Shown here one piece after another: positions 35,262-45,093 of a stretch of DNA of 64,000 bases. The notes beneath the pieces were generated by a model. That model worked only from the letters and a program-made list of their open reading frames with translations, was not told where the DNA came from and ran no database searches. The position numbers were made by a program, and so were the translations under genes. Origin of the DNA: a virus (lineage: Duplodnaviria > Caudoviricetes); the IMG/VR virus record IMGVR_UViG_3300021375_000006, one strand, 5' to 3'. Every line of letters begins with the position of its first letter. Positions within the stretch are counted from its first letter, which is position 1.

Positions 35262-37604
35262 TTAATAATATCCCATGTAACACATCCCGTATTGTGGACC
35301 GTCAACACTAGCACAACCCGTGACATAATTAATTGAACATGCACAAAGGTGTTGACTATAATAACCAGACGCAGATGATGACAGACTATTCCCTTCACAG
35401 TCTGTATAATAAATAGTCGAATAACATCCACCTCTATTAATTGTCCAATCGTAACATGAACATACAGCTCCAGCAGGGCCTTGAGGGCCTGCAGCACCTC
35501 TGTCACCTCTATCTCCACCATCTCCAGTTGAACCAATACTACCAGCAGGACCTTGTGGACCTTTTGGACCTTGTGAACCGTTAGCACCTTTTGGACCTGT
35601 ACCACCTTGAGCACCTGTAGCACCCTTTGGTCCTTGTGGACCAATTCCACCTTTTGGGCCGGTAACACCTTTATCACCGGTAACACCCTTTGGTCCTTGT
35701 GGACCAATTCCACCTGGAGAACCAGTTAGACCATCTGCCCCAACTGCACCTTTTGGTCCGGTAGGGCCTTGACTACCTATAATACCCTTTGCACCTTGTG
35801 AGCCAGTACCACCTGGAGAACCAGTTAGACCAGTTGGACCAGTTGCACCTTTAGCACCTGTTACACCTTTTGCACCTAAGTTACCTTTAGCACCTTGAAG
35901 ACCGTTGATACCTATACCACCAGTTGCACCAGTATCACCAGTTACACCTTTAGATCCCCCTGGACTTAGACCAGTTGCACCTTGTGCACCTGTATCACCT
36001 ACAGGAGCAGTACCTATTGTACCTTTATTACCTACATCACCACCAGCACCTTTAGCACCTTGATCTCCGGTTGCACCTATGCCGCCTTGATCTCCGCCGC
36101 CGCCTGTAGCACCTTGTGCACCTGTATCACCACCAGCACCTTTTGCACCAGTATCACCTATTATACCTTTATCGCCACCGCCGCCTGTAGCACCTTGAGC
36201 ACCAGTATCACCACCGCCACCTTTTAAACCTTGTGGACCCGTTGCACCTTGATCTCCGCCGCCACCTACAGCACCTACAGCACCTAAATCACCACCAGCA
36301 CCTTTAAGACCAGTATCACCTATAGGACCCTGGTCACCTGTAGCACCAATAATACCTTTTGCACCAGTATCACCTATTGGACTAGCACCTACAGCACCAC
36401 CAGCACCTTTAGCACCAGTATCACCTATTGGACTAGCACCTACAGCACCAATAATACCTTTTGCACCTTGATCTCCACCAGCACCTTTTGCACCAGTATC
36501 ACCTATTACACCTTTAGGGCCAATATTACCAGTAGCTCCCTGATCACCTGTTACACCTTTTGGACTATCACCAACGCCACCTTGAGGGCCTTGAGGACCA
36601 GTAACACCTTTAAGACCAACAGCACCAATATTACCTTGATCTCCGCCGGCACCTTTTGCACCTGTACCACCTTGGTCTCCAATTGGAGCAGTTCCTTGTG
36701 GACCTATTATACCTTTTTGACCAGTATCTCCACCAGCACCTTTCGAACCAGTATTACCAGTATCACCTGTAGCACCAATAATACCTTTTGCACCAGTATC
36801 ACCGATTGGACTATCACCACCAGCACCTTTTGCACCAGTATCACCTATATCACCTTGGCCACCAACAGCACCAATATTACCTTGATCTCCGCCAGCACCT
36901 TTTAAACCAACAAGACCTTGATCTCCACCAGGGCTAGTACCTTGATCTCCGCCGCCGCCTTGGGCACCGACTACACCTTGAGAGCCTGTAGCACCAAGAG
37001 CACCAACTGGACCTTGCGTACCGCCAGCTCCTTGTTCTCCTATTTCACCAAGATCACCTCCACCGCCGATAGCACCAGTATCACCTTGTGCGCCAGTACC
37101 ACCTGGAGAACCAATTGCACCACCATCACCTGTTATACCTTTTGGAGAATCACCACCAGCACCTTTAGCACCAGTATCACCAGTTACACCTTGTGGACCT
37201 TGATCGCCAACAACACCTGCAATACCGGCATCACCACCAGCACCTTTTGCACCAGTATCTCCTCCACCGCCGACATCACCAGTTGGACCAGTAGTACCTA
37301 TATCACCTTTTGAAGCAGGAGTAGTATGGTTATCACCAGCACCACCTGAATTACCAGGAGCACCTTGGTCACCACCGTCACCACTTCCACCAGTACCGCC
37401 TTTATTACCTTTGTTTCCTGGAGCACCTTGTAAACCTTTGACACCTTGGTCGCCACCGCCACCTTTAGCACCTTTAGTACCTTTTGCACCTGTTTCACCT
37501 TTTGTACCCGGCTCTCCTACTAAATAAGGAAAGTTTTTAGGTTCAAAATTAGAATCAGTCAGTACTTGGTTACCTGCGACAAGTATGTTTCTGTAATCAG
37601 CCAT
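35262..37604 (-). CDS. collagen-like fibre 2 (kinked, Gly-rich) with 8-Cys tip
   Basis: about 219 GXY triplets, nine Pro-X insertions, one 7-aa break. Confidence 0.92.
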   Translation of the reverse strand: MADYRNILVAGNQVLTDSNFEPKNFPYLVGEPGTKGETGAKGTKGAKGGGGDQGVKGLQGAPGNKGNKGGTGGSGDGGDQGAPGNSGGAGDNHTTPASKGDIGTTGPTGDVGGGGDTGAKGAGGDAGIAGVVGDQGPQGVTGDTGAKGAGGDSPKGITGDGGAIGSPGGTGAQGDTGAIGGGGDLGEIGEQGAGGTQGPVGALGATGSQGVVGAQGGGGDQGTSPGGDQGLVGLKGAGGDQGNIGAVGGQGDIGDTGAKGAGGDSPIGDTGAKGIIGATGDTGNTGSKGAGGDTGQKGIIGPQGTAPIGDQGGTGAKGAGGDQGNIGAVGLKGVTGPQGPQGGVGDSPKGVTGDQGATGNIGPKGVIGDTGAKGAGGDQGAKGIIGAVGASPIGDTGAKGAGGAVGASPIGDTGAKGIIGATGDQGPIGDTGLKGAGGDLGAVGAVGGGGDQGATGPQGLKGGGGDTGAQGATGGGGDKGIIGDTGAKGAGGDTGAQGATGGGGDQGGIGATGDQGAKGAGGDVGNKGTIGTAPVGDTGAQGATGLSPGGSKGVTGDTGATGGIGINGLQGAKGNLGAKGVTGAKGATGPTGLTGSPGGTGSQGAKGIIGSQGPTGPKGAVGADGLTGSPGGIGPQGPKGVTGDKGVTGPKGGIGPQGPKGATGAQGGTGPKGANGSQGPKGPQGPAGSIGSTGDGGDRGDRGAAGPQGPAGAVCSCYDWTINRGGCYSTIYYTDCEGNSLSSSASGYYSQHLCACSINYVTGCASVDGPQYGMCYMGYY

Positions 37605-37622
37605 TTATTATTTTATGTTTAT

Positions 37623-40091
37623 TTAAGAACCTAATTGACTCTCAATACCTGTTAATTTCGTATCTAATTCTTTAATAGCCTCAATTAAAACAGCAGATAG
37701 TTTAGAGTAATCAACTCCTCTATAACCTTCTTCTGGATCTAATCCTGGAATTTGGAATACTAATTCTGGGAATTGAGCTTGTACCTCTTCGGCAAGCACA
37801 CCCATTCTAGGAGCAGTACCCATTCCTAATGATTGTGCGAATTCATTCGGATTCCAAATTACACCTCTAATTGCATTAATTTTAGTTAAGGTATTTCCAA
37901 TTGGACCTTCAATATTCTTTAATCTAGAATCTGAAGTTCCCGGAGGACCTGTAGGACCAGTTGCACCTTTTTGACCTTTTGGACCTTTTGGACCTTGTGA
38001 ACCTGTAGGACCTTGTGGACCAGTTAAACCTTGTGGACCAGTATTACCTTTTAAACCTTGTGGACCTGTTGCACCAGTATTACCTTTAAGACCAGTAGGA
38101 CCTGGAGAACCTCCGGGACCTGTAGGGCCAGTTGCACCAGTATTACCTTTAACTCCCTGTGGACCTGTAGGACCTCCGGGACCTGCAGGACCAGTTGCAC
38201 CAGTATTACCTTTAGCTCCCTGTGGACCTGTAGGACCAGTAGTACCTTTAATACCTTGTGAACCAGTAGCACCTTTAACTCCAGTAGGACCTTGTGGACC
38301 TTGTGCACCTCCACCACCTTGTGGACCGACTGGGCCTTGAGCACCTATATCACCTTTTGGACCAGTTGGACCTGAAGGCCCCGTTACACCTTTAAGACCA
38401 GTATCACCTTTTGGACCATTTGGACCTTTAGCTCCAGCAGGACCTTGTGGACCTTTAGCTCCCTGAGGACCTTTTGGACCAGCAGGACCTTGTGCCCCTT
38501 GACCACCTTGAGGACCTTTAGCCCCTTGACCACCTTGAGGACCTTTAGCACCTTGTGGACCGACTGGGCCTTTAGCACCTTGTGGACCAGTAACACCTTT
38601 TTGTCCTTTAACACCTTGTGGACCAGTATCACCTTTTGGACCAGTTGGACCTTTTGGACCTCCAGGACCAGTTGCACCAGTGTCACCTTTAGCACCTGTT
38701 GCACCTCCTGCACCTCCTGCACCAGTGTTACCTTTAGCACCTTGTGGGCCTTGACCACCCTGAGGACCTTTAGCTCCTTGTGGACCAGTATTACCTTTTG
38801 GACCGATTGGGCCTTTAACTCCTTGTGGACCAGTTGGACCAGTAACACCTTTAGCACCAGTATTACCTTGTGGACCTTTAGCACCTTGTGGACCAGTAAC
38901 ACCTTTAGCTCCAGCAGGACCTTGTGGACCAGTTGGACCAGTAACACCTTTTTGTCCTTTAACACCTTGTGGACCAGTATCACCTTTTGGACCAGTTGGA
39001 CCAATTATACCTTGTGGACCAGTATTACCTTTTAAACCTTGTGGACCAGTATTACCTTTAGTACCCTGTGGACCAACAGCACCTACACCACCTTGTGGAC
39101 CTTGTAGACCTTGACCACCTTGAGGACCTTTTAAACCTTGTGGACCAGTAGGACCTTGTGGACCTTTTGGACCAGCAATACCCTGTGGACCTTGCGGGCC
39201 AGTTATACCTTTTTGCCCTTTATCACCTTGTGGGCCAGTAGGACCTTGTGGACCTTTAACTCCTTGTGGACCAATTGGACCTTGCGGGCCTTTAGCCCCT
39301 TGTGGACCTTTTGCACCTTGTGGACCAGTATTACCTTTTGGTCCTTTTGGACCTTGTAGACCTTGACCACCTTGAGGACCTTTTAAACCTTGTGGACCAG
39401 TTGGACCAGTTTGACCTTTAGCTCCAGCAGGACCTTGTGGACCTTTCGGGCCAGTTACACCTTTTAAACCTTGTGGACCTTTATCACCTTGAGCTCCTTG
39501 TGGACCGGTTGAACCTTTTAATCCACCAGGACCTTGTGTACCTTGTGGACCTTTTGCACCCTGAGCCCCTTGAGGACCTTGAGGACCTTTAACACCCTGA
39601 GGACCTTGAGCACCTGTATCACCTTTAACACCTTGAGGACCAGTTGGACCTTTTGGGCCTTGCGCACCAGTTACACCTTTTAAACCTTGTGAACCCGTTG
39701 CACCTTTAACTCCAGGACCACCCTGCGATCCCTTTGTACCTTGTTCACCTCCTGGGCCTTTAGCTCCTTGTGGGCCTTTAGCTCCAACTTCACCTTTTTG
39801 GCCTTTTGAACCAGCTAAACCTGGGGCACCCTTTGCACCGCCAACACCTTTAGCTCCTTGTCCACCTTTTTGACCTTTTTGACCTGGATCACCGCCGCCA
39901 CCTTGTGGGCCTTTAGGACCTTGACTTCCAACTTCACCTTTTAGACCCTTTTCTCCACCGGGGCCTTGTTGTCCTTGGTCTCCCTTGGATCCTGTAGCTC
40001 CTTTCATGGCACTGTATTGTGTAGGGTCGAAGTTTCCAGCTGTTAGAATAATAGATCCTTGTACTGTAGCTCCTGCTTTTAAATTTGCCAT
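37623..40091 (-). CDS. collagen-like fibre 1 with C-terminal peptidase S74 intramolecular chaperone
   Basis: 229 uninterrupted GXY triplets; SDSRLKN...GVLAEEV...VDYSKL...EAIKEL. Confidence 0.95.
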   Translation of the reverse strand: MANLKAGATVQGSIILTAGNFDPTQYSAMKGATGSKGDQGQQGPGGEKGLKGEVGSQGPKGPQGGGGDPGQKGQKGGQGAKGVGGAKGAPGLAGSKGQKGEVGAKGPQGAKGPGGEQGTKGSQGGPGVKGATGSQGLKGVTGAQGPKGPTGPQGVKGDTGAQGPQGVKGPQGPQGAQGAKGPQGTQGPGGLKGSTGPQGAQGDKGPQGLKGVTGPKGPQGPAGAKGQTGPTGPQGLKGPQGGQGLQGPKGPKGNTGPQGAKGPQGAKGPQGPIGPQGVKGPQGPTGPQGDKGQKGITGPQGPQGIAGPKGPQGPTGPQGLKGPQGGQGLQGPQGGVGAVGPQGTKGNTGPQGLKGNTGPQGIIGPTGPKGDTGPQGVKGQKGVTGPTGPQGPAGAKGVTGPQGAKGPQGNTGAKGVTGPTGPQGVKGPIGPKGNTGPQGAKGPQGGQGPQGAKGNTGAGGAGGATGAKGDTGATGPGGPKGPTGPKGDTGPQGVKGQKGVTGPQGAKGPVGPQGAKGPQGGQGAKGPQGGQGAQGPAGPKGPQGAKGPQGPAGAKGPNGPKGDTGLKGVTGPSGPTGPKGDIGAQGPVGPQGGGGAQGPQGPTGVKGATGSQGIKGTTGPTGPQGAKGNTGATGPAGPGGPTGPQGVKGNTGATGPTGPGGSPGPTGLKGNTGATGPQGLKGNTGPQGLTGPQGPTGSQGPKGPKGQKGATGPTGPPGTSDSRLKNIEGPIGNTLTKINAIRGVIWNPNEFAQSLGMGTAPRMGVLAEEVQAQFPELVFQIPGLDPEEGYRGVDYSKLSAVLIEAIKELDTKLTGIESQLGS

Positions 40092-40113
40092 TTCTTAGTT
40101 TTTCTTATTTTAA

Positions 40114-40122
40114 TTATATATC
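40114..40122 (-). promoter_or_regulatory. class III (late-type) promoter GATATATAA upstream of collagen 1 (further copies in findings)
   Basis: motif at 11 sites, strand-matched to downstream genes. Confidence 0.7.
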
Positions 40123-40138
40123 AAATTTTGTTATTAGG

Positions 40139-42286
40139 TTATGCTTCTGAGAAATCCCAAAAGAAAATATTACCTTCATCTGTTATGTTCATTGGATCAA
40201 TTTCTATGACGAATGGGTACATGAATTCTGCCCATAAATCAGTTCCTGCATATTGTTCAATTCTTATATTTGGTTTTATATGTGTGGTACTAGTTGTCAT
40301 ACCACATACATAACCAGCCGTAGCGGACATAATTCCATAACCATTAACTCCAGACATATTAACATCTGGGTTTGATCCATTACCATGTTCAAAGTCACCA
40401 GCCCATTTACCCCAATAGCTATTCTTCCAAGCAGTTCTCTCTGTAGAAGTCATCCAAGATGGTAAAAAGAAGCCACTTATTAACTTCCATTCATTTCTAT
40501 TACCCGATCCATCAGTTGCACTAAAATCTTGGTATGCATAATTATCTTCGTGTATAGATGTTAAATAGTTTTGTCCTTTAGTAATCGTAGAAGTTCCTAT
40601 TCCGTAACTATCAATAGATGAACCACTTGAATCTAGTATGTCTCCTATTAAAGACATTCTATTAGGAGCTTGGGATATATCAGTTCCGTCATTTCTTCTT
40701 ACCTTTACCCAAACACCAGCCATGTATACTTTTTTATGGTCAACTGCAATTCCAGCACCTGCTCCACTTCCGGTTCCACCGCCGATAATAGTATCATAAT
40801 AATTATTAACTGAGGCATTATAGATCTCATGAATCCAACCGTATGTTTGTGAATCTGCCTGGTGGGAAATTCCTCTAAACCTAGTATTAAACCACTTAAT
40901 AAAGTTATATCTTCCCTGTTGTCCATAACTCTCTGAATTACCATTTCTAGTTTGATAATTTATAGGCCTATAGAAGCCAGTTGTTGTAGACGTTGCTGTA
41001 TTAGATGTTTGTAGAGAATATGAAACACTATTACCTGCTAAATTTCTATCACTATTCCAAAAAGTCGTAAATGAATCAGGATCTCCAATTTCAAATGGCC
41101 CTGGAGATTCACTTACATTTAATCCATTTACATGGAACTTATGTACGTTTGCATCTCTTTGTGTATCTGGTGAATTTCCAGCTTTAAAAACCTGTAGATT
41201 TTTAACATCTACTGTATCATATCCCTTTCCTGTTCCAGAACCACCGTATGCTTTTATTTCAATTACTAATTCACTAGCTGCTGAAGTTTTTTCTAATGTA
41301 ATTTCTTGTTTATACCAACCATCTGTAGCTTGGTCCCCGTCCTGTCCAACCTGATTATTAGTCGACTCCGCTTCTGTATTACCAGTAGCTAATGAAACTT
41401 GTTTTAAACTAACTAAAGCATAACCTGCATAATCTGCAGCACCTGCTCCAATTCTAGTTTCAAAGCTAGCTCTAACATGTTCACCAATATTTACACCATA
41501 CTTATCTGCATTTTGCCATGGAATAGTTATATCTTGTGTATTTGTAACTCCGGCTGCTGCCATGTTTAAATATGATGAACCTGAACCTAAACCAGATGAT
41601 AACTCTTGTCCATATCCAGCATGTCCTATTGTAGTAGACGAATGTTCTATTACAGTAGAAGAATATGCAGGTGTATGGTTTGTAAGTGGACCAGCTAGAT
41701 TTTCACTTAAAAAACCAAGTTGGTTTACATTAGTTCCAATTGCAGCATACGTATGATTTGTTGCTGTTGTACTAGTAGCTCTAGTCTGCGTCCATCTCCA
41801 AGATCTACATTTTTCTTGCATTACAGTATAAAGTGATGAACTACTCTTTGTACCATTTAAACCGAATATTACATAAACCCATGCATTTTCATCATTATGA
41901 ATAACAACAAGTTCGTCGGCTAATTCGTCAGCTGTTAATGCCTCACTAGCAGAATTTAATCTTATACCTGGAGATGTACTACCGCCATTATACGTATTAG
42001 TATCATTATAGTACTTAAATTTAAGTAATGTAAATCCATCTTGACCTGAAGATGTATTTAATGTATAAGATAGGTAACCACTATTAGAAAATGCAGCAGT
42101 AGAGATTCTAGCACTATTAAGATAGCCTGAGCCACTTTTGTTATTGGGTACCCAATTTACAACTGCAGCAGAGTTGGTAGAAGTTGAGGTTGCTCCCTCA
42201 ACTTCCAACCATGTATCTGTGTAACTTCCCGCTACGGCCACCTTATCGTGTGATGCCGTTCTATATTTTGTTAGTTCAAAACTCAT
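40139..42286 (-). CDS. putative structural/receptor-binding protein (beta-sandwich rich)
   Basis: S/T/N/G/W-rich 715 aa in fibre cluster; KKVYMAGVWVK. Confidence 0.65.
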   Translation of the reverse strand: MSFELTKYRTASHDKVAVAGSYTDTWLEVEGATSTSTNSAAVVNWVPNNKSGSGYLNSARISTAAFSNSGYLSYTLNTSSGQDGFTLLKFKYYNDTNTYNGGSTSPGIRLNSASEALTADELADELVVIHNDENAWVYVIFGLNGTKSSSSLYTVMQEKCRSWRWTQTRATSTTATNHTYAAIGTNVNQLGFLSENLAGPLTNHTPAYSSTVIEHSSTTIGHAGYGQELSSGLGSGSSYLNMAAAGVTNTQDITIPWQNADKYGVNIGEHVRASFETRIGAGAADYAGYALVSLKQVSLATGNTEAESTNNQVGQDGDQATDGWYKQEITLEKTSAASELVIEIKAYGGSGTGKGYDTVDVKNLQVFKAGNSPDTQRDANVHKFHVNGLNVSESPGPFEIGDPDSFTTFWNSDRNLAGNSVSYSLQTSNTATSTTTGFYRPINYQTRNGNSESYGQQGRYNFIKWFNTRFRGISHQADSQTYGWIHEIYNASVNNYYDTIIGGGTGSGAGAGIAVDHKKVYMAGVWVKVRRNDGTDISQAPNRMSLIGDILDSSGSSIDSYGIGTSTITKGQNYLTSIHEDNYAYQDFSATDGSGNRNEWKLISGFFLPSWMTSTERTAWKNSYWGKWAGDFEHGNGSNPDVNMSGVNGYGIMSATAGYVCGMTTSTTHIKPNIRIEQYAGTDLWAEFMYPFVIEIDPMNITDEGNIFFWDFSEA

Positions 42287-42306
42287 GTGTTATCCTTTAC
42301 TGTTTA

Positions 42307-45015
42307 TTAAAATTCGAATCTTATTGTACTACCATCTGATGTTATTTCACCTCCGCTATTAAAGACGTATTTTGTAGTTACAATATGTCCCGTTGAAACA
42401 GTAAGAATACTCGTTGAATCATTGAAAGTCATATTTGATTCTCCAGTAAATGGTGTGCTTGAATTACCTGTCATGGTAACAACTCTGTTATTGGTGTTAC
42501 CTGATGCGATTGAAACAGCAGCGTCTGTACCTGATGTACCTGATGAACCTGAAGTTCCAGATGAACCTGAAGTTCCAGATGAACCAGATGTTCCAGATGA
42601 GCCTGAGCTACCAGATGAACCAGATGAACCTGACGTTCCAGAAGAACCAGATGAACCTGACGTTCCAGAAGAACCAGATGAACCTGAAGTTCCAGAAGAA
42701 CCAGATGAACCTGAAGTTCCAGAAGAACCGCTTGAACCAGATGAACCTGAAGTTCCAGAAGAACCAGATGAACCTGAAGTTCCAGATGAACCTGAGCTAC
42801 CTGAAGTACCGTTTAAATCATGTACTGGATTCCAGCTACTACCGTCCCATTGGAAAACTCGTCCATCAGCAGTGTAACCTAATTGTCCAACAAATTCACC
42901 ATTACCTAGGTCAGCAAGATCAGTTCCTGATTTAGCACCTGTATAACCAGATGAACCTGAAGTTCCAGATGAACCTGAAGAACCTGAAGTTCCAGATGAA
43001 CCAGATGAACCAGATGTACCGGAAGAACCACTTGAACCAGATGAACCTGAAGTTCCAGATGAACCTGAAGAACCTGAAGTTCCAGATGAACCTGAAGAAC
43101 CTGAAGTTCCAGATGAACCTGAAGAACCTGAAGTTCCAGAAGAACCAGATGAACCAGATGAACCGCTTGTTCCAGAAGAACCTGAAGAACCACTAGAACC
43201 TGCAGCACCAGTATCACCTTTATCACCAGTTGCAACTAATGAAATTACAATATCATCGCCGTTAACAAATGGAGCTGCGCTTGATGAACCTACATTTGAT
43301 AAATCACTTAATGTCCACCATGCACCATTATCTGTTAAATTACCGATTGCAAATAATAAGTATTCGTCGGTATTGAATTTTTTAGATATTCTAATGTGTG
43401 CCTTAATACCAGATGTTACTGCATCTAAAGTTGTAAAGAATGACTCTATACTACCACTATCATCATCGGTTTGTGATATGTAGATATTACCTGCACTTGT
43501 TTGTGTTGTAAAGTTATCTAATCTTATTCTACCATTAGCAGGTTGAGCCGCGCTTGTAGCAGATGCAAATGTATAATCAAATGATGCACCACCAAAGTTA
43601 CCGTCTTGACCAGATGTACCTGATGAGCCAGACGTACCTGAAGAACCTGAAGAACCGCTTGTTCCAGATGAACCTGAAGAACCGCTTGTTCCAGATGAAC
43701 CTGAAGAACCGCTTGTTCCAGATGAACCTGAAGTTCCAGATGAACCTGAAGAACCAGACGTACCTGAAGAACCTGAAGAACCACTTGTTCCAGATGAACC
43801 CGAAGAACCTGAAGAACCAGATGAACCGCTTGAGCCGCTTGAACCAGAAGTACCATTTAAGTCACCTACTGGATTCCATGTTGCTCCATCCCATTCATAT
43901 ATGACACCATCTGCCGTATAACCTAATTGGCCAACAAACTCACCACTACCTAATCCTACAACTTCTGTTGCTGATTTAGCACCTGAGTAACCAGATGAAC
44001 CTGAAGAACCTGAAGTTCCAGAAGAACCGCTTGAACCAGATGAACCTGAAGTTCCTGAAGAACCAGATGAACCACTTGTTCCAGATGAACCTGAAGAGCC
44101 ACTTGTACCTGAATCACCAGATGAACCAGATGAACCGCTTGTTCCAGATGAACCAGATGAACCGCTTGTTCCAGATGAACCTGAAGAACCACTTGTTCCA
44201 GATGAACCTGAAGAACCTGAAGTTCCTGAAGAACCACTTGAACCACTTGAACCTGAAGTTCCTGAAGAACCACTTGAACCAGATGATCCGTTTAAATCGT
44301 TTAATGTAATCCATGATGCTCCATCCCATTGGTGTACCAGACCATCAGCAGTATAACCTAATTGACCGACAAACTCACCATTGCCTAATCCTATAACTTC
44401 TGTTGCTGATTTAGCACCTGAGTAACCAGATGAACCTGAGCTACCAGATGAGCCTGCTGAACCTGAAGTTCCTGATGAACCTGAAGTTCCTGATGAACCT
44501 GAAGTTCCTGAGCTACCTGATGAACCTGAAGTTCCTGAGCTACCTGAAGAGCCAGAAGTACCATCAATACCTGATGAACCACTTGAGCCTGAAGTTCCAT
44601 CAATACCTGATGAACCACTTGAGCCTGAAGTTCCATCAATACCTGATGAACCACTTGAACCTGAAGTCCCATCAATACCAGATGAACCAGATGAACCTGA
44701 AGTACCATCAATACCTGATGAACCACTTGAACCTGATGTTCCTGATGAACCACTTGAACCTGATGTTCCTGAAGAGCCGGATGAACCTGAAGTTCCTGAG
44801 CTACCTGAAGAGCCAGAAGTACCATCAATACCTGATGAACCACTTGAGCCTGATGTTCCTGATGAACCACTTGAGCCGGAAGTACCAGATGAACCATCTA
44901 ATGGTGCAGCTTGGTTTTCCCATTTGCCCGTAGCGTTGTTGTATGCTAAATAATCACCGTTTTGTGTATTATTTAACAAAAATTCTTGTATTTGTTTTAA
45001 TCTTAGTCTAGACAT
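42307..45015 (-). CDS. Gly-Ser-Ser/Gly-Thr-Ser repeat fibre protein
   Basis: long (GSS/GTS)n tracts separated by three copies of a GEFVGQLGYTADG..WDG module. Confidence 0.9.
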   Translation of the reverse strand: MSRLRLKQIQEFLLNNTQNGDYLAYNNATGKWENQAAPLDGSSGTSGSSGSSGTSGSSGSSGIDGTSGSSGSSGTSGSSGSSGTSGSSGSSGTSGSSGSSGIDGTSGSSGSSGIDGTSGSSGSSGIDGTSGSSGSSGIDGTSGSSGSSGIDGTSGSSGSSGTSGSSGSSGTSGSSGTSGSSGTSGSAGSSGSSGSSGYSGAKSATEVIGLGNGEFVGQLGYTADGLVHQWDGASWITLNDLNGSSGSSGSSGTSGSSGSSGSSGTSGSSGSSGTSGSSGSSGTSGSSGSSGTSGSSGSSGDSGTSGSSGSSGTSGSSGSSGTSGSSGSSGSSGTSGSSGSSGYSGAKSATEVVGLGSGEFVGQLGYTADGVIYEWDGATWNPVGDLNGTSGSSGSSGSSGSSGSSGSSGTSGSSGSSGTSGSSGSSGTSGSSGTSGSSGSSGTSGSSGSSGTSGSSGSSGTSGSSGTSGQDGNFGGASFDYTFASATSAAQPANGRIRLDNFTTQTSAGNIYISQTDDDSGSIESFFTTLDAVTSGIKAHIRISKKFNTDEYLLFAIGNLTDNGAWWTLSDLSNVGSSSAAPFVNGDDIVISLVATGDKGDTGAAGSSGSSGSSGTSGSSGSSGSSGTSGSSGSSGTSGSSGSSGTSGSSGSSGTSGSSGSSGSSGTSGSSGSSGTSGSSGSSGTSGSSGYTGAKSGTDLADLGNGEFVGQLGYTADGRVFQWDGSSWNPVHDLNGTSGSSGSSGTSGSSGSSGTSGSSGSSGSSGTSGSSGSSGTSGSSGSSGTSGSSGSSGTSGSSGSSGSSGSSGTSGSSGTSGSSGTSGSSGTSGTDAAVSIASGNTNNRVVTMTGNSSTPFTGESNMTFNDSTSILTVSTGHIVTTKYVFNSGGEITSDGSTIRFEF

Positions 45016-45093
45016 GTAATACCTTTGTATTTTTAGCGCGTTATATTATATATCCGTAGATATTTACGTCGTGGTAAAATATCTAGCTAGATT

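Noticed and set aside
35246-39359. Alternate ORFs (TSTF..., VHKVLK...) overlapping the collagens
   Set aside because: Artefacts of GXY codon periodicity
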